From contig OZ024744.1 of the NCBI GenBank assembly GCA_964016885.1, forward strand, positions 26,288,001-26,352,000: a stretch of DNA of 64,000 nucleotides, read 5' to 3'. Under the pieces are notes generated by a model. The model ran no database searches. It saw nothing but the letters and a program-made list of their open reading frames with translations, and was not told the DNA's origin. This stretch comes from Eledone cirrhosa (Eukaryota). A program made the position numbers and the translations under genes. Positions within the stretch are counted from its first letter, which is position 1; every line of letters starts with the position of its first letter. Below, piece by piece: positions 12,466-24,300 of the stretch.

Positions 12466-12530
12466 TATTTTTTCTGATGAAAGCATACCATAATTTAACA
12501 TGGTATCCTTGAAATATGTATAATAAAATA
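12466..12530 (+). ncRNA. Type I hammerhead ribozyme, family A
   Basis: CTGATGA AAG C ATACCA..TGGTAT C CTT GAAA TATGTA TA ATAAAATA; compensatory stem II changes relative to the other copies. Confidence 0.8.
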
Positions 12531-12600
12531 GATATGGTTTTATAAATATAGTTTCCATTTGTTAATATCGTATATATATATTATATATATTTTATATATA

Positions 12601-12645
<45 letters not shown>

Positions 12646-12822
12646 CACATATATATATATGTGTGTGTGTATGTGTGTATGTGTGTGTATGTGTGAGAGT
12701 GTGATAATTTCCTTCGAATGAAACAGTTCTAGTCCTATATTAAATTTTGTTGCATATAATCTACTAATGCATTGAGTACATTACTTACTGTGGTTACCAC
12801 TGATTGAACCAGGGACTCACAC

Positions 12823-12870
<48 letters not shown>

Positions 12871-12897
12871 TCAAGCAAACAACATCACTCTGTTATT

Positions 12898-12961
<64 letters not shown>

Positions 12962-12962
12962 C

Positions 12963-13280
12963 AAATAATTAAGTCAAATATGTAAAATTTGGCTTCGTTT
13001 ATTACAAATTATAGATATACTGCTATATATATTTCGGTGACAGCTATCATTGGCTGTGACTTCTTCAGGCAGTCCGAATTGGTGTGGGAAAGACAGGTAC
13101 ACATGCTGTTGAAGTGTTTTACTCCGTCAATAGATCGATATGTCCAGCTCCTGGTTGGGTTTTTATTTCTCTGATTCCAGTTCCTCAGAGAAATGATGGC
13201 TGTCACCGAAATATATATAGCAGTATATCTATAATTTATAATAAACGAAGCCAAATTTTACATACTTGACTTAATTATTT
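12963..13280. repeat. Inverted-repeat cassette, HHR family B
   Basis: 12963-13048 versus 13193-13280; (TA)n immediately to the left. Confidence 0.9.
13019..13073 (-). ncRNA. Type I hammerhead ribozyme, family B
   Basis: Minus strand: ACTGC CTGAAGA AGT C ACAGC..GCTGT C ACC GAAA TATATA TA GCAGT. Confidence 0.78.
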
Positions 13281-13373
13281 TACATTACTGCGGAGTAACC
13301 AAACCAACCTGCGTACTTCGTCGAGTGCTCCAATCTGCATACTAGGTGTCGGTAAACAACCAGCATATACTCA

Positions 13374-13407
<34 letters not shown>

Positions 13408-13463
13408 GTGAGCTTTTTTTTTACAAATTGAAAAATAACCGAGGTGTCCTACACGAGTGAAAG

Positions 13464-13774
13464 TATAAAGAAAAAGAGATGAAATCGAAAATGCAACTGG
13501 AGTCTTATTTATTTTAAAAATATATATATTTATTTGGTTCCTTTACCGGTTTCTCAGTTCTTCTGCTTTTCAAAAAAGGAGTTGAGATGGAGGGTCTGTG
13601 GTTTTTCTCACAGATGTGAGAAAAACCACAGATGTGAGAAAAACCACAGACCCTCCATCTCAACTCTACTTTTGAAAAGCAGAAGAACTGAGAAACCGGT
13701 AAAGGAACCAAATAAATATATATATTAAAAAAAAAAATAAGACTCCAGTTGCATTTTCGATTTCATCTCTTTTT

Positions 13775-13781
<7 letters not shown>
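13464..13781. repeat. Near-perfect ~320-bp palindrome between (TA)n tracts
   Basis: Arms are reverse complementary with few mismatches; 18-bp duplication (ATGTGAGAAAAACCACAG) at the centre. Confidence 0.92.
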
Positions 13782-13816
<35 letters not shown>

Positions 13817-13944
13817 AGTATATATATATATATATGGCTGATTCAATACAGACGTGGTTTTATTCTCAACAGATATTTTTTCCGTTCCCGTTCCTTGCTC
13901 TTCTCACTCTTTCTTTTGTATTTCATCTTTTATTTCTCATTTCA

Positions 13945-13979
13945 TCTTCTGATGAAGATTTGTGTCTGAAATATTAAGA
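13945..13979 (+). ncRNA. Minimal hammerhead motif, family C
   Basis: TCTT CTGATGA AGAT TTGT GTCT GAAA TA TT AAGA. Confidence 0.6.
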
Positions 13980-15069
13980 CTCTTTTCTTACTATATTAAG
14001 CGTAAAACTAATATATTTCTTTGTTGTACTGCATCGTTTACTTTATTTCTGTTTACGTACATATACACATACACAGAAACATATATGTTTATATATATAT
14101 ATACACACACACATGTGTATGTATGAGTGTGCGCGTGTGCCTGTGTGTGTGTATAAGCACACACAATTAGAGGTGCATTGCTAGGTGTTAGCTGACGTCA
14201 AAGAATGCGGCTCTATCTCAGAATCACTAACATACTTTGAGTGTGCATCATCACATCAGCTTCAAGTATATTGAGTTTCAATTCACCGATTTGACGCCTA
14301 ATGTGGTGGAAGCTGGTTTGATCTCCACCCCAAAATCCAGTCACTGAATCTGAGGATGTCACTGGTCTGAAATATTCACAATGATAAGATAGTGAAGGTA
14401 AATCGACCAGATATCATGATGAAAATAAACGACGGCTCATGCATATTCATCGCATAACATCAAATAGCTGAATGAGAAAATAGAGAGAAATTGAACACTG
14501 CAAGTATTAACTATCAAATAAATAAATAAATAAAGAAATCATTTAATAGTGGTCCGCACTAATGGATTCGGAAAATATTTACCGTGATGGGTAGCGTATC
14601 ACCAATCACAACAAAATATGTCAAGCACCGCCATATTAAATGGGAAGGAAGCTTACATTTACATAAAAAAACAAAAACGATGGAAATTACGGAATGCTGG
14701 AATGTTGGAAAGACAAGCAGCGGTCCGCAATGAAAATTTGATATTCTAAAACAGTAATTTATGTCTATAATTCCATTGTTTGCAGCCAGCCGGTCAGCAC
14801 CAATGACTTTTAAATATGTTAGTGAGACAGACTGTCTGTAGTTAAGTATGTGATAGTCAACTACGTATTTATATAGGTGACTTTCAGTTACACGTGAAAA
14901 GGTGGTATCAAAATGATTGCTCGGACGTAAACAGGGTTAGTAAGATAATTGAAAATGGAAAAAGAATATTAAACTAAAATTGCCGTAAACAAGATATAAG
15001 AAAAAAAACTATAGCTCGTTTGGCTTTCTCAAAAGCACAGCTAAAGAAAAAGTATCTTGGATTTGTTTT

Positions 15070-15141
15070 AGTAGTGCGGCCCGTCTATGATGGACCATAT
15101 CTCATCTGGCCCACTTCTCGGAAAAAGGTTGCCTAGGCCTG
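15070..15141. mobile_element. Possible hAT (Charlie-like) terminus
   Basis: GCGGCCCG..TGGCCC subterminal motifs and AAAAAGGTTGCCTAGGCCTG end; the partner end was not found. Confidence 0.35.
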
Positions 15142-15964
15142 ATTTAACATTTTTGTTACCCTATATGTAATTAAAGACATTATTATGGTTTTCAAATAAT
15201 TTAGCCATTTCCTTACTATATTTCTAAAGAAAGATACTGCCTATTGTTTCCAAATAATTTTTAGAATAATTAAGAATTTGGAGTAACAGTAACATAAATA
15301 ACTTTCTTCTGTTTGGAATTTAACTTAACAAAGGTTCTGAAATAATATTATGATGGAAGGTTTGTAGATAACTATAAAAGCTTTAAAATTAACAGCTATG
15401 TATCGTAAAACCAAGGGTCGCTTCATATTTTTTAAAATCGAAAACGACACCTTAAATTGTTACTCATGAAAAAATTGGACAGAAGATATAGCTAAAACCA
15501 TTTTACTTTTAAGGTAAAACTTGGAAAATGGAAAGAATTAACAACTAAAACTTACAACCATGAGGTTACAAGTTCGATCCCTATGCATGGTTTTTTGGCT
15601 GAAGGTACTTTACCTTAGTCTGGGAAAGACCCAAGCCTGAGTAAAGTTGGGTAGGTGGAAAATGTTTGGAAGCCTGTTGGTTAGATTGTACCTGTAATTC
15701 TAAGGTCATGCAGGTTGTCATGCAGATTTTATTTAAGAATTATATTAAGGATACACGTGTCATGTCCATGGAATACTCCGGGACCTATACCTTAATACAA
15801 TTAATTGTCAATGATTAATGATCGATAAATATGGAGGTTATTTGAATAACTAAAAAGAAAAGACAAAAACACACACACACATCAATTATATATTCCAAAA
15901 TCAAAGAAGAAAGAGAATAGTTTTACAATGGATAAGCAAAAATTATTGGCAGAAGGAAATCTTT

Positions 15965-16290
15965 CCTGAGTCATTCTAATCACCTGCCCATAGTATCGGA
16001 GCCGCTATTTCTCCGAATTCAGAGAACACAGCTCCGATACTATAGGCATGTAGTTAGAATGACTCAGGAAAGGATCAATGGACAGATTTTACAGGCAAAA
16101 ACCAACTGGTAGGAGACCCAAGTGTAGACCACGGGCAAGATGGTTAGATAACATTGGCTGGTCACACTTGAGGATCCAGCCGGATCAGTTGGAGACGTTT
16201 GCTTCTGACAGGACCTGTTGGACGGAGTGTTTGAGGACTCTGGCACCACGACCCTCTCATGATTAAATGGGAGAAGAAGAAGAGCAGAAG
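15965..16290 (+). mobile_element. RTE-clade LINE 3' fragment with 5' fold-back
   Basis: QLRYYRHVVRM..PTGRRPKCRPRARWLDNI..ASDRTCW; (GAA)n tail; inverted duplication at 15965-16068. Confidence 0.8.
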
Positions 16291-17080
16291 AAAGCAGTGC
16301 AGTTATATTTTGTGCGTAACATATCTGACAGTAAATAGTCGTCTAAAATGGTCAGAGAAGATAAATATAGACTTTTGGACAGGACACAGATTTAATTAGT
16401 GAAACAGACAAGTATTAACTGGCGAGAAAACGTTTTAACTAAACAGAAAGTTTACTAAATATACATAGGATAGGGATAAAGATCTTGAGCTTGAGCTCTG
16501 CCGTCGGGGTCATACTTATTCCTATATATATATATATATATCGAAATGGAAGTACAGCATAGTCGAAGCTCGAGCTGCAGCTAAGCCAACGAATGCAATC
16601 AGAAGGATTGACTCGCGAGAAAAAATACACACACACACATATATATATATATATATGACAAACCTGGACCATCAACTCGATATTTTACAATATCTCAGTT
16701 AGGTTTCTGTAAATCCGAAATCTACAAAATCCGCTTGCGGTGTATGCAAGTTGTTGATTTAGGAAGATCGAACAGAGGATTTACTTTCTCAACAGGCTTC
16801 CGTTCAGACGTCGGGCCGATTGTGAGGGAGCACAGGTTTTTGGCGGTCAAATTCAAATTTTGAGCAACGGAATAAGTTCGGTAAACAAACTGAATTAAGC
16901 ACTCAACCAGACCGTTATTACACAAACATGAATAATTAACCAATCAATAGAATTGTCTATTAATCATTACGTCTAGGAGATAATAATACAAATGGATACA
17001 GCATAGTCGAATATATATATATAGTTCAGAACTAGCTGTCGAAACGGCCATAGCTCAGCTGTCGGGGTCCTGACTATTTG

Positions 17081-17155
<75 letters not shown>

Positions 17156-17335
17156 GGATATGTGTTCCTTCACGCACAAGGCGCTAAGGTACGCATGTAT
17201 TGTCCAACCAAATGCCAATGTGGTTCAATGGCAGGTTAATAAATTAACGAACCAGAACATATATAAACAAGGTTTAGCAAATAATGAAAAAGTTTCAAAA
17301 TAAATTTTAAAAAATTGACTTTACCTACTATAGTT

Positions 17336-17418
17336 ACCTTTACCGATCGGTTTCGAATCCTCAAAATAAACGGAGACCATACGGCCTTCGTTGCAAAGAA
17401 AGATTCTCGTCAGAAGGT
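17336..17418 (-). ncRNA. Type I hammerhead ribozyme, family D
   Basis: Mirror copy of 17830-17912. Confidence 0.85.
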
Positions 17419-17829
17419 TCTTTTCATTCGAAGAATATAAAATTCTTGAATTTAAATTACGAACTAGCGCTATCAAAACTGTTCCTGTGATGAGAGTGGA
17501 TGATGAAGAAACAATTTTTTCAAGGGCCGAAGTAAAGATAGAGGCAGAGGGAGGTAGGTCAAACCAGCCGCAGCTATCACTAGCAGCAGTCGGAGCGATC
17601 CAATTTGTCTCAACAGTAGAGGAGAGTAGTAATAATAGATATGTGTTCCTTCACGCACAAGGCGCTAAGGGACACATGTATTGTCCAATCAAATGCCAAT
17701 GTGGTTCAATCTTTACTTCGGCCCTTGAAAAAATTGTTTCTACATCATCCACTCTCATCACAGGAACAGTTTTGATAGCGCTAGTTCGTAATTTAAATTC
17801 AAGAATTTTACATTCTTCGAATGAAAAGA

Positions 17830-17912
17830 ACCTTCTGACGAGAATCTTTCTTTGCAACGAAGGCCGTATGGTCTCCGTTTATTTTGGGGATTCGAAACCG
17901 ATCGGTAAAGGT
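17830..17912 (+). ncRNA. Type I hammerhead ribozyme, family D (extended stem II)
   Basis: ACCTT CTGACGA GAATC..GATTC GAAA CCGATCGG TA AAGGT; GUA triplet, predicted cleavage after 17907. Confidence 0.88.
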
Positions 17913-17979
17913 AACTATAGTAGGTAAAGTCAATTTTTTAAAATTTATTTTGAAACTTTTTCATTATTTGCTAAACCTT

Positions 17980-18060
<81 letters not shown>

Positions 18061-18073
18061 GGAAACATATGTT

Positions 18074-18129
18074 ACTGCTATATATATTTCGCTGATAGCT
18101 ATTGAAAGGCTTTGACCTCATCAGGCAGT
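18074..18129 (-). ncRNA. Type I hammerhead ribozyme, family B
   Basis: Minus strand: ACTGC CTGATGA GGT C AAAGC..GCTAT C AGC GAAA TATATA TA GCAGT; ~200 nt upstream a LPDGLN peptide resembles a PLE GIY-YIG end. Confidence 0.72.
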
Positions 18130-19436
18130 TAGTCAGTTCTTAGATATGCCAGCTCTGTGTTTATAGTGTTGATGGTATTAGAGCCTTGCGACATATTAGC
18201 TTGTTAGGAACAATTTAATGTTGTCAGCAGGAATAGTCTTGATTCTCATTAGTCAGTTTGTAGATGGTAGTAGGGTTGGTATTTGACCTCAAAGAGGCAG
18301 GTGGTGTTGTAAAGTTCAAACCGTCAGGCAAGATGACAATAGTTCCATATGACTGATTTTCACAAAAAGCATTCCTGGTCAGATATATATTCAATTAAGG
18401 TTAATAGTATGAAATAGATACTATGAAATTTATGGTTAGAGTAGAAAATGTACAAATAAAAAGGCTTATGTAGGTCGCATGCACGTACACTCACACCCAC
18501 CTCCACAGACACACACACACATCCACACATACAAAATGTGGGGTGGTAATACTTAAAATATTGGTTAGAGTGCAATACTTAGATAGTTTAGAAAATTTAG
18601 AAATAAAAGGTTTATGCTGCTTGACTTGTACATACACTCACACCTACCCCCTCAGACACTCACATATCTACACACACAAATCCATACAGGTGTGTATATA
18701 TATATATGTATGTATGTACGCACAAGCATATATTTATATAAAATATATATATATACACAGAACATACATATATATAAAATATATATATACATAAAATATA
18801 TACATACATAAAATATATACACACATAAAACATACATACATATTTATATATAAAATACACATACATATACACATATATATAAAATATATACATATATATA
18901 CATACATACATATAAAATACACATATATACACATATAAAATATATATATATATGCACATGATATATATATACATATATATATAAAATCAGGTTCAATAAA
19001 ACGTGGTTTTGATGACTCCTAACCAGTAGAGGATCCGGTGGACCATCCACCATAGGGACCAGAAACTTTGTGTGGTTGTTGTTGTCCATTGGTCATTGGT
19101 ACGGGGTGTAGGGGACCTACATGGGGGGAGCGTTGTGGGAGGCCGTAACCATGGTTTATCCATATAGCTTGAGGAAAGTTCCCGTCCTTAGGTGTCTGCA
19201 GGCACCGAATAAGTCAGCCCTTCTGATCAGAGCAAACAGCACGGACACTCTATCTCAAAATTATTTTTGAAAAGCATTTAGAAATGCGCAACCGGTAAAA
19301 ACTTAAAAACTTAAAACCACAACTGAATACTAACCCATACAATCACTAATACTCTTTTATTCCTAATTAAACCATTTTTCAACTGTGAACAATTTGTCAG
19401 CATTTTCTATTCCGTTTACCAATATATATATATATA

Positions 19437-19832
19437 CACGTGGAAAAGTAAGAAATCGAAGAATGGACCGTTAAAACACCACCTACGTACGTTTCGCCCA
19501 GTTGGGCTTCTCAGGGGCATAAATAACCAAAAGTGTTCCTTAAATTGCTCGGAAAGAGTTTTCGTGGTTAGGTTCACATCAAAATTCATTGCTCGCAAAA
19601 ATACCGTGTTTTGATTTTGCAGCAGGTCCTGCTGCAAAATCAAAACACGGTATTTTTGCGAGCAATGAATTTTGATGTGAACCTAACCACGAAAACTCTT
19701 TCCGAGCAATTTAAGGAACACTTTTGGTTATTTATGCCCCTGAGAAGCCCAACTGGGCGAAACGTACGTAGGTGGTGTTTTAAATAAACATGTTTTAACG
19801 GTCTATTCTCCGAGTTCTTACTTTTCCACGTG
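19437..19832. repeat. Palindrome with a perfect 313-bp core (19471-19783, centre 19627) and degenerate HHR family E in each arm
   Basis: CTGAGAA GCCC AACT GGGC GAAA CGTACG TA at 19740-19770 (+), mirrored at ~19484-19514 (-). Confidence 0.9.
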
Positions 19833-20159
19833 TTTACGCTCTGCTAGCTCTCTAGTCCACTAAATATTAACACTTCGAATATTTAATACTGCCGGCACTA
19901 GTATCGAGCACCTTTGGCATACGCTACTTGGCAAATAACTATATGTATCACCTATCCTCCCTTTTGTTCTCTCTCTCGATACGTAAATACTGTATATATA
20001 TATATATATATATATATATTAATAAGAATATTTATATTTATATATGTTTGATATAACTATAAATATGTAGGGTAATACTAAGTACTAGCCAGTTACCGGT
20101 ATGACAAAAAGCTCAATGCAAATTTTCAAGTGTTTTACAGAGCCATATATATATATTCT

Positions 20160-20620
20160 TATACTTGGGGAGGGTCATATTGTTATAATATTGCCAGAAA
20201 TAATAATAGAACATAGACACTGTTTTGTTTGGGTTGGTTTTCGCTTCTGTATCTTTTATATCTCCATAGTTAATTTATTTGGCAATTACTTGACCAGCGA
20301 TTAAAAATACAGATATAAATATACTTATATAGTCTATCAAAGTTCTTTCGTCACACATCTGTGACATCATCAGTGATACTATTATGTTTCCTCCCGTCAT
20401 ATTGTAATGCCTACGCCCTTTGTATTTAATTTATCTATTTATTATTGTCTCTGTCTCTATTTGCGCATGCGTTTGCGTGTGTGTTTGTTGTGTGTGTTCG
20501 TGTTTGAGTGGATGTGTTTTTGTTTTTGTATTCTTACTTTGATAAACATTGATTGCCAATACTCTGTCATTGTTGTCTTTGCTGCTGATAGCAAATGCCA
20601 ATTGCGATTGTAATATTATT
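20160..20620 (-). mobile_element. Solo pLTR of PLE family F
   Basis: Homologous to 60365-60750 and 57790-58110. Confidence 0.75.
20335..20378 (-). ncRNA. Type I hammerhead ribozyme, family F
   Basis: Minus strand: TATCA CTGATGA T GTCACA GATG TGTGAC GAAA GAAC TT TGATA. Confidence 0.78.
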
Positions 20621-20621
20621 A

Positions 20622-21135
20622 TTTAGAGGGGAAGGGCAGGCAGTTTTTATCTGCTTGGATGCCATGGCGAAAGAGATTATGTGGTGGTCGAGTTTGAAAG
20701 GGTTGAAGGTAGTAATCTTCCTTTTTGGCGAAGCCCTGATTAACCTTTTCAGATTTAACTTGAATAGGAAAACCAAGATGGAGAAGGACGGGCTGTCTTC
20801 CACTTTCAACCAGTTTGTTGGAAGGTGAGTGAGAGTGGTGAACATGGTCCGTGTGACTGGGCCTGCCTTGAACATACGCCTGTAGGCTGGAGTAGAAAGA
20901 CTGGGAGAGGGATATTTGCCCTTGCGGACAAGGTGACCGTGGCTTTTGTGGGATTTCTACACGAGTGACCCTTAGAGTCTCCTCCCCTTTGGGGAATTTG
21001 TTATGCTTGTTTTAAATGTTTATTTTCTTAGTCTTTGTTATAAATTTTACTTTACACAAAGAAACCCCATACAGCATCGTCCTGTACCTTCTGTATAGTT
21101 TCCTTAATGTGAGCCCTGTACAGCTAATAAAGACA
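20622..21135 (+). mobile_element. L1/Tx1-type LINE 3' fragment
   Basis: EGQAVFICLDAMAKEIMWW matches the ORF2 C-terminus; shared 3' UTR ending in AATAAAGA. Confidence 0.9.
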
Positions 21136-21204
21136 TCATTTATATCATTATTGTTGTTGTTGTTGTTGATAATGTTGTTGTTATAATATTACTGTGATTA
21201 TTCA

Positions 21205-21352
21205 TGGTATAGAGTTATGGCCTTTTAGGTTCTGAATTCAAATCCCGCTGAGGTTAGCTTTCCCTTTCATCCTTACGGGAGCGATAAAATAATGTAACAG
21301 TAATACACTGGAATAATTACTGGCCTTGTGCCAAATGTAGAAAATTATTATT
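21205..21352 (+). mobile_element. SINE family 1 (5'-truncated)
   Basis: GAATTCAAATCCCG..CCTTTCATCCTTACGGG..GGCCTTGTGCCAAATGTAGAAA ATTATTA. Confidence 0.85.
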
Positions 21353-21354
21353 TT

Positions 21355-24300
21355 TTCAACGTTTTACCTCGTTTTCAACCGTTCTAAACCTTTTATTCAA
21401 GTTTTAAATTTGATAAAAGTTTAGAAGAAGTGACTCACCTAATACAAGAGTTCACTCGTAAATAATACGGCACCCCTTTACGGGGTGCCGTATTGTGTAA
21501 AACTATTTTTTGAAAGAAAAATAATTTCAACATGGATAACACAAGAAAAAGAGAGAGCGCTATCAGACAACAGAGAGAGAGGGAGACTTTGTCAGCATGT
21601 CAACAAGACAGCGTTCTAGTGAAGGTAAATATAAAAGAAAATATTACGAAGGAAAAGAGGAACATATCATTTTTAATGATATTGTTACAGATTTAAAATG
21701 ACACAAACAACACCAACAATAACACCAACAACAACACCAACAACAGTACCAACGAAAACATCAACAATGACATCGATACCTGTAACAGCGATCTCAGCAC
21801 CACCAACAAGACCAGTAGCAACAGTAGTGGCAGTAATAGTGGTGCTGCTGAAAAAGGGACCACTTCTTTTGCAGGTATCACCCGAAATATCGAGACGCTG
21901 TTAGTCACATAGGAGGAGATGGCAGTCGCAAGGGCCATGGTGACAAGAAGCGCCAATAGAGTCTCCCTGAAACCTCCACACGATTTTTTCAAGGACCAAC
22001 AGCTACGGACGGTAACTTACCGCACCGTAAGCAAAATCTCACATCGGGTGGAGAGAGCCATGGAGGCTCAAATCCAAAAGGCCTTGGGGTGCGTCTGGGC
22101 ACGCAAAACCCACATCACCCGAGGCAGAAAGAACGCCACAGGAGACGTACTTTTCGCTACCCCCCAAGAAGAGAAGTCTCACTCTTTGGAAACCCTAAAG
22201 AGTGAGGAGATAGTCTTGGTGCCCTCCTACTGCGGGCAGAAAATTCTGAGGGTCAAAGTGACCCAGGTCCCAAATTAAGTGCCCATACCTTGGCTGACTG
22301 CGTCTGTCATTGCTGGCATCGAGGACAGGACGACCATGCTGCAGGTAGAAAAAATAGGGAGAGAGAACTGGTCAGGTATAGGCATGCAAATGCTTATACA
22401 AACTGACCAGGAATGTATCGACGCCATCCCCGATATCATAGACGTCGAAGAAGGACTCCAACTCCCTATAAGCGTAGAAGGAAGACGACCAAAATGTTAT
22501 ATCTGTGGGTCAAAGGGTCACCTCAGGGCCTTTTTCCCGCAGAAGACAGCGAAGAAGAAGTCCCCTCTCATTCCAATACCTGGTCCGCTGCTACCAAGAG
22601 CAGGGCAGGCAACAAATGCAGAAGCCCCTTCCATGGTGAGTAGGAGGGCAACGTCCGTGTCGCCCGTACCAAGGCCACGGACAACTAAAGCAGCAGTATC
22701 AGTGGCGGCAACGCAAGTAACTACATTTGCAGTAGCTGCACCAGCAACAACATTGCCGGAGAGGGCTCCACTACCACCACCAACAGCCGTGGAGCACATA
22801 CCCCTCCCAGACGCCACATATTCCGACATGGGAGTCTGAGGCGGGAGTGAAGTGGCAAACAGTCTGCCACAAAAAAGAAAAAAGAAAAAAACCCTTAGCT
22901 TCGCCCTCCAAAAGCGAAGGCACACAAAAAGGAGACTTGTAGCAACACCACCACCATCACCATCACGACCATAAGCACCACCGCCAATAACAACCAGACC
23001 ACCACCAGCATCACCAAAAACACCAACAACGCAAACAAAACAAAACACACACACCCAACAGCAACAAGAAGAAAACAGCAACAAAATCACCCCTCCCCTA
23101 AAAAGGTACACAGCCATGAACATGGCAAATAAAGAACTCCTACAACATATAAAGCAGCACACAGACATCACAGAAAAAAATTACTACACCCCACCAAAAC
23201 CAAGAACTCTCCCGACAAACATAAGCATCATTTAAATCTCAATAGAACAGTACAAACTTTTAAAACAAAAATTTCCCAACGCAGTTGGATACTTCAGAGG
23301 GTCGGTTGCCAAGAGGATATACACTGACATCCTCTTGGAAACACCCATGACCAGCCAAAGAGACGATTCTACTGTCCCTTCACCACACGATCAAGGTAAG
23401 TGACCCTTTTTCACTTGCCCCGTTTCTCATCCAACATGGCCGTACTTAGAATAGGCAGTATAAATGCACGTGGCCTGGGGTCATCTTGGAAGCAGGGTCA
23501 CCTGCTCAACAATATCAGGTCACTAAACATAGATGTGGTGGCCATCAGCGAGACCAGAAACTCCGAAGCACGAGCCTTCGCACAGATCTTCGGCGGCTAC
23601 GATGTATACGCATCTCCCAGCCGTCCAGGATCGGGGGGAAGGGTTGTCGTCCTTTTTCGGAGAGGCTTGGATCTCGCCATATGGGCCATCTTCCTAGACC
23701 CAGAAGGTAAGTCGGAGGTGCTGGACATGACTGGCACCGAAGGCAACGCTTTCAGGCTAGTAGCCGTCTATGCCCCGACAGGGACAGGACGGCCAGATTT
23801 CTTTAGACGTCTAGAGACATTTCTTGGAACGTCCGAATCTTTAGTGTTAGTGGGCGACTGGAACGGTATCTTAGATGCAGGCTGGGATTGTGTGGGGCTA
23901 GTGGATAGGGGAGGACGGTGCAAGAGCCTCACCAACCAGCTCAGACGTTTTGAACTGTCTGACAGGTAACGACTGGATCACCCGAATGTGCCAATGTGGG
24001 CATGGACAAACCGCATCGGGTCATCCAGATCGTATCTCGATAGGGTATTCTGCAGGGAACTAGATAAGGCTAGTGTAAGTTGTCCACAATTTAAAATAGT
24101 CGACTACACAGACCACAAATTTGTGATCTGTGAGATCGACATAGACAGACTTCATAGACAAGGACCCGGTTACGGGAAGCTGAACGCGTCTTTCCCGGCG
24201 CGCAAAGACAACAGAGACCGGATTAGCGTATTAGTTAAGCGGGCGTTGACGGGAGCGGTCAACAACAGGTGTTAGTTCGCCCTGAAAAGGGCAATTAAAG

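Larger units (their letters stand above)
17259..17989. repeat. Inverted-repeat cassette, HHR family D, arms ~280 bp
   Basis: 17259-17539 is the near reverse complement of 17709-17989; both ends run into TA repeats. Confidence 0.95.

Noticed and set aside
17391-17927. 178-aa ORF and mirrored ORFs (also 13514-13728, 12989-13254)
   Set aside because: By-products of inverted repeats; no recognisable domain
19165-19220. Hammerhead-like TTGAGGA..GGTGTCTGCAGGCACC GAATAAGTC
   Set aside because: Core and stem I register do not fit
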